Notes: a model not told the origin generated them from the sequence alone. Positions 23,043 through 34,997 are shown, counted from the first letter of the whole stretch. The stretch is DNA of 63,568 nt, filler included, from Octopus bimaculoides (GCF_001194135.2; 5 parts of 5 records of this genome joined end to end with filler, not necessarily neighbours in it); one strand, 5' to 3'. Translations and numbers: made by a program.

Positions 23043-23400
23043 TATGTAGAATAGCTGCAAGATGGGGAAGATGATGGAGTTGATGTAAAACGAGTACAAG
23101 ATAACGAGGACAATGGAGTCGATGTAGAATGAGTAGAAGACGATGGGTTTGATGATGAGATTGATATAGAATGAGTACAAGATGGCGAGGACAATGGAGC
23201 TGATGTAGAATGAGTACAAGACGGTGAGGAAAATAAGGTAGATGCATAACGAATATAAAATAGCAAAGGCGATGTCGGATTGATATAGAATGGTTACAAG
23301 ATAGCGTAGATGAGTTATGTAGAACGGAAACAAGATGGCGGTGATGCGTGTTGTTGAATGGGCAAGATGGCGAAGACAATATAAGTGAAGTACAATGGAT
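23043..23400. repeat. 39-42-bp minisatellite with codon-like structure
   Basis: About 8-9 units like GATGTAGAATGAGTACAAGATGGCGAGGACAATGGAGCT. Confidence 0.9.
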
Positions 23401-23482
23401 GTGACAAAGAATGAAATTAAACACATTATTAAAATCAAATTATTAACTAGCCCTTAAAAATAATTTTATTCTTCTAGGTATA

Positions 23483-23808
23483 AATGGTAGAGACCCCCTT
23501 CGGTCATGAATGACCATAGGATTGCACCTAGAAAGTACCTCTTTCGAGACACAAGTCCAGGCAAGGTTGCTTATGGAAGACCAATAGTCGCCCTTGCATA
23601 CCATTCTTTCCTCTCCACGCCATTGATGTTATCCAAAGGAAAGACAGAGACCGAAACAGCTTGACACTAGTGACGTTGCAACTCATTTCTACAGTTGAGT
23701 GAAGTGGCGCAACGTGAAATAAAGTGTTTTGCTCAAGAACACAACACAGCCCACTCCAGGAATCGAATGCACTACCTCATGATTATGAGCCCGACGCTCT
23801 AACCACTG
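23483..23808 (-). mobile_element. SINE family D (tRNA-like head)
   Basis: Minus strand CAGTGGTTAGAGCGTCGGGCTCATAATCATGAGG...TTCGATTCC, then TGTTCTTGAGCAAAACACTT. Confidence 0.8.
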
Positions 23809-23989
23809 GAAATAAAGATAGCAAAAATGGCAGAATCGTTCGAACGTTGAACAGAATGCCTTGCAGTTTCTGTTCTGATCATCTGTTAACTTTCTGCGCT
23901 ATGAGTTCAAATCCTGGTGAGGCCAACTTTGCTTTTTATCCTTTCGAGTTAGAAAGTCGTAGATTGGTGTTGTACTAGTTCTGCATTAG

Positions 23990-24110
23990 GATTTCATTAA
24001 AGGTACGTGTGACTGTGGAATATTAAGCCATTAACACACTAATTCAATGAGAAGAAAGTTCGATTGATCAAACAATGGAATACTCATCGTTGAAATCGAT
24101 GGAGATCCAT
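23990..24110 (+). mobile_element. old SINE family B-related 3' fragment
   Basis: Diverged match to GGTACACGTGTCTGTGGAGTGCTCAGCCAC...GACGGAGTGCCA. Confidence 0.5.
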
Positions 24111-24147
24111 TTACTTGTTCTTTTTTTTTTATTGTTGTTACTATATG

Positions 24148-24246
<99 letters not shown>

Positions 24247-24479
24247 ATGTATATACGAGTTTTAAGTTCTTCTTAAGAGAGTTCAAGCCAGTTGATAAAA
24301 CAAGACTTTTTGAGTTAAGAAAGTTCCCGGTGTTTGTAAATATGTGGTTGAGTTGGTGTGCTGGTTGTTGAACAGTCGATGCATACACCCAAGAGTGTGC
24401 ATCTGTTCACCTACTGAATCTCAGATGGAGAATCTGTCTAACATATTTATTGTGCCATTAATATTAATAGATTGGATTT

Positions 24480-25145
24480 CGATAATCCACGTCAGCTTCT
24501 TTTGCATTTTTTTTCGAAAAACCTATATTTTCAAGGTTTCGTGTAAATGTGTAGGTACTACTTACTTTAATGCACCTATGATGATAGGAACAAATGAGAA
24601 TATATAGTCTTGGTACAAGAGCTGTAAGATCTGCAGCAATTCGCCATAAATGTTCTCTTTCTCCTGGACTTTTCTTGGTGCATGCAAATCCACTGAGCAG
24701 CTGACCTCTACAACAGCGCATGACTTTTGTTCCTTGTCCCACAGAACAATATCAAGTCTGTTATGTTTGCACCGAACTGTTGTTTTTATTGGAGTGTTCC
24801 ACTAGTACTCCTTGTTTTTAAAGGTGTAAATACATGCTGGTTCTGACATGCCTTTGATGTATACGACTGGACAATTCTTCCTGCATTGTGAATAGTCTTT
24901 GCAACCGTATCATGCCTCTGCGACAGGTAGTATCTCGTAGACATTTTGAGATAGCTGCTAATAATGTGGGTAATATCTTCCACACTGCTATAGCAGAGCC
25001 GACATTTTCTATCACAACGTGAGGTTTGGTGGTATCTTTATCCCCCTTGTTTATCAGGTATTTCGTAGCTATCTCCTGTTCCTGGATAGCGAAGGTAAAT
25101 ATTTTAAGGAGGATGTAATGTATCACAAGTCCAGTAGAGGCTACC
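24480..25145 (-). mobile_element. R4/Dong-like LINE fragment (zinc knuckle and RLE)
   Basis: FAIQEQEIATKYLINK, KCRLCYSSVEDITHIISS, RYYLSQRHDTVAK, NRLDIVLWDK and VEVSC. Confidence 0.85.
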
Positions 25146-25195
25146 CTTCCTGTCAATACTGTTGTTATTCTCTAGCTTACGTGATAAATATAGAC

Positions 25196-25223
25196 AAACA
25201 GACAGATAGGCAGGCAGGCAGGC

Positions 25224-25286
<63 letters not shown>

Positions 25287-25300
25287 TAGATAGATAGATA
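25196..25300. repeat. (AGGC)/(AGAC)n/(AGAT)n compound microsatellite
   Basis: Tetranucleotide runs. Confidence 0.92.
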
Positions 25301-25413
25301 GCACTGCCCCAAAATGGGAGATTTAATATTCGTATTTGATCTTTATAGAAAGAGAATAAATGATAAAATGTAAAGTATTTCTAGAGCTGCAGAAAGAGCT
25401 GAGGTCGCCTTGA

Positions 25414-25487
25414 GAGGTCAAAAGAGACTCTAGACCAAGAGGTCAAAAGAGACTCTAGACCAAGAGGTCAAAAGAGACTCTGGACCA
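25414..25487. repeat. 25-bp tandem repeat, 3 copies
   Basis: GAGGTCAAAAGAGACTCTAGACCAA at 25414, 25439 and 25464. Confidence 0.92.
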
Positions 25488-26486
25488 GCCGCTGCGTCGT
25501 CGTTCGACCCACAAGTTGTAGCAACCAAATCTCTGGCAAGCCATACCCTACCGCCTTTAAAAACAAAGCAAAGTGCATACCGTACCAGACCGCTTATCCG
25601 GAAATATTGTGCAATACTGTGCAATATGTATTGAGTAAACAGATCCTGTTTTTGAAGTTGGTTAATGTGCATATGATGTTTTAAAAATATTTTGAATGTC
25701 TACTTTTTCTAGTGGATTGGTAAAGGTTAAACATACTCTGCTGTAGAAGTGTTTTAATTTGTGTCTGCATCTGTTAAATAAAATAATGTTCTTTACTCGT
25801 CTTCGTTTAATTTTCATCCTATAAACATTATACTCAAAGCATGGTACAGTATAATATATTTTAAGAATTTTAAGTGGATTAATAAATATCAAACAGACCC
25901 TGCTTTTGAAATTTATTAATTTGAATCTATTAAATACACTTTATTCCTTTAATTTTCATAGTTTATGTTATATTTTTTAAATATATTTAGGCTTTTTCAG
26001 AAAACCGGATATACGGGACATTTCCGGTCTCAAACTTGCCGAATTATTGCTCCAGTACTATAGTAGATCATATAATCCCAGATATTTAAAGAGATGGGAT
26101 GGTCACAGTTGGAATGCCTCGGCTAAACAACAACATTTGAGAATGCGATGTCACATGTTTGTAACTGAAAGTAACTCGTGACTGCATTAGACGACACTTG
26201 TCCAAAGTATTGCTCGGTGAGAGAGAAACCGGAACATATTTAGGACTGTACTACAAAAATCCTATATCACATTTCAATACAAGCCAACGTGGGAGTCTCT
26301 ATATGATTGCTCGACCTGCATGAAATAGCAGCCAGATCTCCTTTAAATCACACCTTACCGCCTGAGAAAAGAGAATATTGAATAGTGTGGTTATGGGTTT
26401 CCTGCATGTGGGGAAAAAACCGGATAGTCATGGCTGGAATGCTCAGTCAATGCTGATCTGTGGTTAAGCTACAACGGTATTTAATT

Positions 26487-26682
26487 CTTTCTACTATATG
26501 TTTAGCACAAGGCTCGAAATTTTGAGGGAGGAGAGCAAGTCGATTACATCGACCGTAGTGGCTGGTTGATATTTATTTGTTTGACCCCGAAAGGATGAAA
26601 GGCAAAGTCAACCTCGGTAGAATTTGCACTCAGAACATAAAGACGGACGAAATGCCACTAAACATTCTGACCGGCATGCTAA
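26487..26682 (-). mobile_element. SINE family C
   Basis: Reverse complement of core (GACCCCGAAAGGATGAAAGGCAAAGTCAAC). Confidence 0.88.
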
Positions 26683-26902
26683 GGATGATAAATGCATTTA
26701 ATAGAAAACTATTCAAATGAATGGTATGGATGGAGCAGTAGATAGCCTTAAATGACTGGATGGTTATGGCTGGAGTGCTGTTTATCATAGGCTTGCCTGA
26801 GAAGGGTTGACAGCCTCTGTTTTCAGGTCCAGAAAATACTCAGCTGTTATCGTTTACCGGACCGAAAGCTTGCTCTTTCCTGCAGAGCATCTGAGAGGTC
26901 AA

Positions 26903-26975
26903 CATGGCAAGGGGCCAGCATGGCAAGGGGCCAGCATAGCAAGGGGCCAGCATGGCAAGGGGCCAGCATGGCAAG
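26903..26975. repeat. 16-bp tandem repeat, about 4.5 copies
   Basis: CATGGCAAGGGGCCAG repeated. Confidence 0.93.
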
Positions 26976-27459
26976 AGTACCTCAGCTGCTATTTGTGAGA
27001 TGCTTAACATATCACAAGAAGGCACTATACATTTACGTGCCTGTGGACGTGGCATAATGAACATAGTTCTTACATGTTCTTTTTGCGAAGTTTCGATATA
27101 TCACTCGTTACTGCCTGTTTTTATCACAATGTAATTTCAATTTTTTTTTTAGGAGAATTTACTTTAACTTTTTTTTTGTACAATAACATCACGTCCACCG
27201 CAACAACAACGACCACTCTTGACTTTCAAGAGCTATGAGCCACATTGCAAGAGAATATTTATAATGGCGCTGAGGGTGAAAATTTCCCAATATCAATATT
27301 TTTTCTGTGAAGAGAATCGATCTAGTGATAATGATGATCCATGAGGACTGGTACTGCCCCCGCCCGGTGCATAAGTCTACCGGAACTCCTATTTGTGAGA
27401 CACCGTATTAAAGCTGATCAACACAGATTGTTTTATTAGGTTGTACACCTTACGTGTAC

Positions 27460-28107
27460 ATGCAGTTTACGGTCGCCAAAATATATAAGTAAATTTTCCT
27501 TAAAAAAATTGCAATTAAATTGCGATAGAAATAGGAAATGATGATAGTGGCATGCCAAAGTTTCATAAAAGAATATAAAAATCTCCCTCATTAAGTCACG
27601 TCTACAGGTACCTCGGAGTACAGGACATCTAGTAACATGTTCAGTATTTCAGGAATAGCAGCTGAGATACACCACCCGGCTGCATAACACTCAGCAATGA
27701 AAACTACTCAGAAGGTAATTCGGTGACTTGCATGTGGATGCATGACAGCCAACAGTTACATGCGAGCAATACATTAATGCTGGACGATTAATGAGTTGTA
27801 CAAAAAGAACTGACGGGAAGAGGTTGGCGTTGTTTCTGCGGATTCACTCGGACTCGTATATACGAGCCAATCCCGTTTTTGAGTCGTTACTTCTGGCTTC
27901 TCTAGCAATTCACTTTCATTTTTTTTAGCACAAATTACAAACGATAATCCTGCTTTGCTAGTGACCTGTACAGAAAAAAAATACGGGAAGTGGTTGCGTT
28001 ACTTCTGTGTAATTCAGTGTTTGAGCTATAACTTCCGGTTTCTATTGCAATTCACTTTCATATTTCAGAATAAATAACTTTCCCGTTTTTACGACAGTAA
28101 ACTGCAT
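27460..28107. mobile_element. putative non-autonomous TIR element
   Basis: Inverted ends ATGCAGTTTACGGTCGCCAAAA / TTTTTACGACAGTAAACTGCAT; internal diverged direct repeats. Confidence 0.5.
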
Positions 28108-28683
28108 ATTAACCCTCCACTAGCGCGTATCTTCCTGGTTACACGACAAAGCAGCCGAGTAGGACAGTGCATATAGATACCATCCACAACAGCTAAGAAT
28201 CCTTATCTTCCCCTCTCCTAAGCAGATGTATGTGAAAAATTAAGGAATGCACGGTGCTGACCAGAAAGGAAGAAAGGATAAATGTGTCATCGCCTTTTTT
28301 GCTACCGAAGGCCTCTCTTCGCATGTCGAGCGAAGAGCGAAGGGAAGCGCTGCTCTTGGTTAAGGCTGACGGAAAAGAGCGTGTTGTTCCTTAGTGTCAC
28401 TGACACAAAAGAGGAAGAGCTAGGAAATTCTGTTATATAGACTATGGTCAGTAATGTAAGTCAATCCCTAAACAAAGGACTGACCTTTCCTTGACCAACA
28501 CAGGTCCCAGGGGTCGAGTGTTTCCTCATCAATCATCTGGTGTGGAGAGGATTTCCCGCTCGTTTTGACAAGCAACAAGCAGATGGATTTGGTTTCAAAT
28601 CTCAGGCAAGGTCAAGCTAGATGCCTACATATGTATGTGTAGCACTCAACTACGAATGAGTCGAAGAAGTTTGCTTTTAACTC

Positions 28684-28875
28684 ACACAGTTTCATGTTCA
28701 CTCCTACTGCGTGGCACCTTGGACAAGTGTGGTGTGTTTACGTTTCCGTAACTTAGCAGTTCGGCAAAAGACTTTGAAAAATATAAGTACTACAGTCGGT
28801 TCGTTCCACTAAAATTTTCCAAGGCGGTGCTCCAGTATTACCGCAGTCTAATGACTGAAGCAGGTAAAAGACAAA
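28684..28875 (+). mobile_element. SINE family A, diverged and internally deleted
   Basis: CTGCGTGGCACCTTGGACAAGTGT joined directly to GGTGTGTTTACG...TAACTTAGCAGTTCGGCAAAAG. Confidence 0.75.
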
Positions 28876-28880
28876 ATATA

Positions 28881-29022
28881 CGCAGGGGTGCTGAAAAGTT
28901 CCTGACTTTATAGGTGTCGCGAAGGATTGGTTGGAGGCGAATATGTTGAATAAAATCATAATTAATTGATCCTCCTCTATTTTCTTTTACTCAAAGCCAG
29001 AAACTTTTCAGCAACTCCTAGC
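28881..29022. mobile_element. mariner-derived MITE
   Basis: TA-CGCAGGGGTGCTGAAAAGTTCCTG / CCAGAAACTTTTCAGCAACTCC inverted ends. Confidence 0.65.
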
Positions 29023-29583
29023 ATATTTGTGTATGTGTTTGTGTGTTCATGTGCATGTGTGTGTGTGCATATATGTATATACGTGTGTGTGTGTGTGTGT
29101 GTGTGTGTGNNNNNNNNNNNNNNNNNNNNNNNNNNNNNNNNNNNNNNNNNNNNNNNNNNNNNNNNNNNNNNNNNNNNNNNNNNNNNNNNNNNNNNNNNNN
29201 NNNNNNNNNNNNNNNNNNNNNNNNNNNNNNNNNNNNNNNNNNNNNNNNNNNNNNNNNNNNNNNNNNNNNNNNNNNNNNNNNNNNNNNNNNNNNNNNNNNN
29301 NNNNNNNNNNNNNNNNNNNNNNNNNNNNNNNNNNNNNNNNNNNNNNNNNNNNNNNNNNNNNNNNNNNNNNNNNNNNNNNNNNNNNNNNNNNNNNNNNNNN
29401 NNNNNNNNNNNNNNNNNNNNNNNNNNNNNNNNNNNNNNNNNNNNNNNNNNNNNNNNNNNNNNNNNNNNNNNNNNNNNNNNNNNNNNNNNNNNNNNNNNNN
29501 NNNNNNNNNNNNNNNNNNNNNNNNNNNNNNNNNNNNNNNNNNNNNNNNNNNNNNNNNNNNNNNNNNNNNNNNNNNNNNNNNNN

Positions 29584-29815
29584 TCCACCACAACTTTCTC
29601 TCACTCTTTCTTCCTGTTTCTGTTGTGCCTGTAATTCAAAGGGTCAGCCTTGTCACACTCTGTGTCTCGCTGAATATCCCCGAGAACTACGTTAAGGGTA
29701 CACGTGTCTGTGGAGTGCTCAGCCACTTGCACGTTAATTTCACGAGCAGGCTGTTCCGTTGATCGGATCAACTGGAAACCTCGACGTCGTAAGCGACGGA
29801 GTGCCAACAACAACA
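29584..29815 (+). mobile_element. SINE family B, 3' part
   Basis: Body matches 13179; tail GACGGAGTGCCAACAACAAC. Confidence 0.92.
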
Positions 29816-30323
29816 GTATATTATATAATATATATATATATATGTAAGGTGAGAAAGAGCTATATACATGTGTGTGTGTGTAGAGAGAGAGAGAGTGATG
29901 TATCTACATGTTTATACATGCAAATTTACTATATATATATATATATATTTATATATGACAACTGACGAAGGGATATATTCTTTATGTTGCATGTCTCGTT
30001 TCTCTTTGTTTTTTTTCATTGTTCGAAAAAAGTTCATTTTCTGTTTTCGTTTCTATGTTTTCTTTTCTCATTGTGTTTAACGTTTTTTTTATGTCCTGTA
30101 CCCATATATGCACCAGGGACACACCATATTGCATGTTTTTCTTTCATTCCTTCAATTTGTACATTGCATGCATGTATCACACGAGTGTACATTTCATTTC
30201 TTTCATTTTCTTTGTGTGTGTTTGTGCTACATCTTGTGGGTGGTTTTCAGTGGCCATCCTGCCTCAGGCGTTCCAACAAAAAAAATTATATTATCGTGCG
30301 TTCCACACTGGCGAGGGTAGCCC

Positions 30324-30681
30324 TGTAGTAACGCCGTGCGCCTGCGTAGTCTCACGCATGCGTGGAATTCAACAACCAAGCTTTCCCGCTTTGATCGATC
30401 TCTTTCTTGCTGGCCAGCGATTGAGCATGGACGTGTCTAGTTGTCTTCTCTCCATCTTTCGAACTTACGCTAGACAGCTCACATCAATATACCAACGTCC
30501 CAACAACCATGTTCTCACACACCGAAGACGTCTCAACAAACAAGATTAAAGATGTATATTTTCCACCTTGAATAAATATTGTTTTGTGTTGATAATCTGG
30601 AGTTAAGCGTTCCGTTAAATTCCTAATTTAATATAGGAAAGTCGGGTGTACATCTAATGATGTATAATCCACTTTCCTGTA
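30324..30681 (+). mobile_element. solo LTR, same family as 9302-9644
   Basis: TGTAGTAACGCC start; shared GCTGGCCAGCGATTGAGCATGGACGTG, AATAAA and TCTGGAGTT..GCGTTCCGTT; TSD not evident. Confidence 0.7.
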
Positions 30682-31751
30682 TGTCTATCTACTCCTCATT
30701 TGGAGCATTCGACAACAATATGAGTCTTCAAAAACAGGACAGTAGAGACATACAAGGAAACCGAACGAAAACAAACACAGAGGGTTGCTAGAGCAGAACG
30801 AGAGTGGTCTTGAAGCCACCCCTCGGGTGGTATTCTGGCTAGCTCCTGCGGACGGCTCCTCTGAGGCCTTCGGCATCCATTTTCCATGTTATTTTCTTTT
30901 TTCTTTCTTTTTTTCGTTTTATTCTGACGATGAAAATTTGTGACACTTTCACGGAGTTGTATATGCTTCCAAACTCACTGTAGTAATTAATTCTCCTCAT
31001 ATCTTTAGACTTGAACCTCCATTCATATTAAGCAAATGAAATGTATGACTATCATAGATATAATCTTTCTTTCACTTCACCATATCCCAAACAATATTAA
31101 AATAAGATATGAAATTAATAAGATCAATTTTATCTCTATCTCATTCTATCTTCTATTACAAGTCTTTAGGGAGATACTGTAACCAGAACAAGAAGATTAG
31201 TTTTCTACCTACACATAAGTTTCATAAACTACAAAATATAAATATCCACACGACCACACTTGAAACGTACCTGTTATAGCTCTTTATCTCGATTTGAATG
31301 TACGTGAAGGCATTTAGAATACTCAAACTTATTTCTGCATATGTTCTAAGCACTGATGCTGATCATAGTTTAATGAATAAGCGTAGAGCGAGGTAAATGC
31401 AGTAAAAATAGGGGGTTCAGTGGGGCTCCATTTAAGCGGCCCCTCAGAAATTGAACCTCCTTATAATACTTCCTGGGAGTTCATGGTATGAAATTCATTG
31501 TCATTGCTCCTATTTGGTCGCCAATGCCATGTATTTAGTTTAATATTCAGTAAAAATATGGGGATCAGTGGGACCCCAATTAGACGGTTCTTAAAAAGAT
31601 AGACCCCTTAGGACATTCGCTGGGATTAGGGAAGTTGCTGGTTTCAGTTTCGTTGTCCTTGCACCAACGGTCCAGGAGGAGTTAACGAAACATCACTCAA
31701 ATTTATTTAAAAATTGAATATATATATATATATATATTCAATATTTGGTAT

Positions 31752-31788
31752 TCTTTCTGTTGAAGAGCGTAGCTCGAAACGTCAAAGA
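31752..31788 (+). ncRNA. minimal type I hammerhead ribozyme motif (Penelope-type), A6 mutated
   Basis: Stem I TCTTT/AAAGA, core CTGTTGA-A, stem II GAGC-GTA-GCTC, GAAAC-GTC. Confidence 0.7.
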
Positions 31789-32172
31789 CTTTCCGTAGTC
31801 CCGAGCGTCATACTAATATATCCTTTTGTTATTTACACCACCTGTCCTCGTCTGTTGTTATTATTTGTATATTCTCCCATATATATATATATATANNNNN
31901 NNNNNNNNNNNNNNNNNNNNNNNNNNNNNNNNNNNNNNNTTAATTAATTAANNNNNNNNNNNNNNNNNNNNNNNNNNNNNNNNNNNNNNNNNNNNATATA
32001 TATATATTTCTAAATCTCTCTTAAGGAAACTACGGCAGCAGTACTGGATATTAATAGTTATCGCCAAGCTAACATGGCAGTTCAGGAAAATAGGACGAAT
32101 GCTGGTGCTGATTAGCTCCAAGAGGCCATCGCCTGAAGCTATCTATGTGATACACAAACCTGTGTCCATTAC

Positions 32173-32309
32173 AACCTTCGAACAGGGGAGGTCAGCAGCT
32201 TCCCTTTGCTGGTTCAACATCCACAGACTAATTTCGGGGTATTTTCCCCTTCTCAATGTGGAGTAGCCGAACCCAGTAGGCGTCGCTGTTGACTGTCTGT
32301 TCGAAGGTT
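32173..32309. mobile_element. short MITE-like hairpin
   Basis: Perfect 13-bp IR AACCTTCGAACAG / CTGTTCGAAGGTT plus imperfect extension. Confidence 0.5.
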
Positions 32310-32384
32310 TATTTATATATATTCAGTAGAACACATCCACTGGTTTTCAAAAATAGAAATATTAATATTTCTAAATGGACACTC

Positions 32385-33371
32385 GAGTGTGGTGAAGCGT
32401 TGGTCCTTGCTCGAAGTACGCCCATAAAATGTAATCGAGAAGGTTGAGATCTGGGCTGGACCAGATGTAAACCCTCACAAACAAATGGTACCTTCTAACC
32501 AAGGAAGGCTTGTGTTGCTTTTGACCCATGGCATGACGCAGAATCCTGGATAAGCACAACATTGTCAAGTCCAAACGTCTGCTCCATCCAAGGTAACAGA
32601 GAGTTCTTCAGGATATTCAGATACTTTTTTGTGCCAATCTCCAAGCCAGACTCATGACACTTTCATCACTCGCCACGGTTCCAAATACCATCACAGAGGC
32701 AGGATTCTTACTGTCAAACACAGTGGGAAACATCAGAAGAGATGTATGCAATCACTCGACAATTTCTGCGAATTACCTCAGCGTCCACAGTGAACTTCTC
32801 GACTACAAACACGAGAGTTTTTCCTGCGCCTTGATGCTTGAGCTTTGGGCATCTCTCGGCTCTGATTGCTTTGGTCTTCGCTGTTAGGAGGTAACGGCGT
32901 CATCGAACATAGCTGGTCATGCCAAGGTCCCTGTTCACAGCTCTGAACACCATGGAAATCGACATATTGCGTTTCTTTGCAAAAGTTGTCATGGATGTGG
33001 ATGGGTTGGCTTCAACCGAGCGTTTGAGGCCAACGAGAAACTTTGGATTGCGCTTAGAATCACTTTGAGTCTTGTGTTTTTTCTATCAATCTTTCCCTCC
33101 TCTTTAAATTGCTTATACAAACGATAAGCTGTTGCTCTTGGAAGTTCCTTCAACTTAACAATCTTATTGGCAGTGTGCCGCGCGCGAGCCAAAACAACAA
33201 TGGCGGGACGCTTCTATTGTTCCATGACTTTCTGTTGTCGAATCAGTTCGCTATTTACCTGAAAAATAAAGAGGAAAATTAGATTTTCAAGCAAGGTTTT
33301 GTCAAAAAATGAAATGTTAAACCCACTAAGTCATCTGCTTAAATTGGTCTCAATATAACTGCAAGATCCTG
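32385..33371 (-). mobile_element. maT/DD37D-like Tc1-mariner element (decayed, 3' truncated)
   Basis: LKELPRATAYRL (HTH), KNPASVMVFG, LIQDSASCHGSKATQAFL and SSPDLNLLDYILW; 5' end CAGGATCTTG. Confidence 0.8.
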
Positions 33372-34997
33372 TTTATATATATATATATATATNNNNNNNN
33401 NNNNNNNNNNNNNNNNNNNNNNNNNNNNNNNNNNNNNNNNNNNNNNNNNNNNNNNNNNNNNNNNNNNNNNNNNNNNNNNNNNNNNNNNNNNNNNNNNNNN
33501 NNNNNNNNNNNNNNNNNNNNNNNNNNNNNNNNNNNNNNNNNNNNNNNNNNNNNNNNNNNNNNNNNNNNNNNNNNNNNNNNNNNNNNNNNNNNNNNNNNNN
33601 NNNNNNNNNNNNNNNNNNNNNNNNNNNNNNNNNNNNNNNNNNNNNNNNNNNNNNNNNNNNNNNNNNNNNNNNNNNNNNNNNNNNNNNNNNNNNNNNNNNN
33701 NNNNNNNNNNNNNNNNNNNNNNNNNNNNNNNNNNNNNNNNNNNNNNNNNNNNNNNNNNNNNNNNNNNNNNNNNNNNNNNNNNNNNNNNNNNNNNNNNNNN
33801 NNNNNNNNNNNNNNNNNNNNNNNNNNNNNNNNNNNNNNNNNNNNNNNNNNNNNNNNNNNNNNNNNNNNNNNNNNNNNNNNNNNNNNNNNNNNNNNNNNNN
33901 NNNNNNNNNNNNNNNNNNNNNNNNNNNNNNNNNNNNNNNNNNNNNNNNNNNNNNNNNNNNNNNNNNNNNNNNNNNNNNNNNNNNNNNNNNNNNNNNNNNN
34001 NNNNNNNNNNNNNNNNNNNNNNNNNNNNNNNNNNNNNNNNNNNNNNNNNNNNNNNNNNNNNNNNNNNNNNNNNNNNNNNNNNNNNNNNNNNNNNNNNNNN
34101 NNNNNNNNNNNNNCCCGCTCAAGTCTCCCAATACTTCCTATATTTTTGTCTAATCGATCTTCTTCTTTCTCGCTTTCCCTCCCTCTCTCTAGCTGTCTCC
34201 CACCCTTCCTCCCTGTTCATCTTTACCGACTTTTCCCCTTCAGCGTGCCCTTTCCTCACTTCTTTATCCCACCTTACTCTATTAGTGATAGCTTATTTGA
34301 CGGTTATTTCCCATCCCTTCCCCCTGTTACCCCCTCTTTGTTCTTGTTTTCTTTTGTCTCGTTATGTCGCTCCTATTGTTCGTGTTCTTTCAAAAGTGGG
34401 CAACCCAAAGATATTTTCAAATCTTCAAACACTGTTTAGTTTACAAGAGAAAAACGTGTCAACAGAAGTCCAACATACTTTTAGATATTTGTTCTCTTCT
34501 CCTTATAAAAGCATCCCCCAGACAAATTGTTAGGATCGGAAACGATCTTACTGCGACCCCTGTATCATGTTTAGTTTCCGTAGAGTTGCCCTGTGGCACA
34601 AAAATAGCAGCTATTAGCCAACCTCGAATTAATGTTGAGTGTCTTACGCTGGCTGCTCTTTGACTTAAACAGGCGAGCTAGCTAAATACTGTCACTTTGT
34701 ATGCTAAAATTTACACTTCAACTCGATACCATGACTAAAACACAAATTCCCACCACCACCAGGTTTGAACTTTATCCCAACATTCAACTTTAGAATACAC
34801 CAAATTCACCCTCTCCACTATATTTTTCAAAAGTTGCCCTTTTATACTCCGACCCTGTGAGAAAAGAGGGTAAACATCCTCTGGAACACTCTTCAGTCAA
34901 TATTGACTCCTTTTATTCTTTTGGCCATACTTTTTTTCCTAAAAATAACAAAAATAATCATTTGATGAAACACGAAGATTCATAAAAGCCGGTACTT

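Noticed and set aside
25414-25487. CRISPR-like array (also 46658-46722, 21522-21605)
   Set aside because: Contiguous tandem units with no unique spacers, eukaryotic context, no cas genes.
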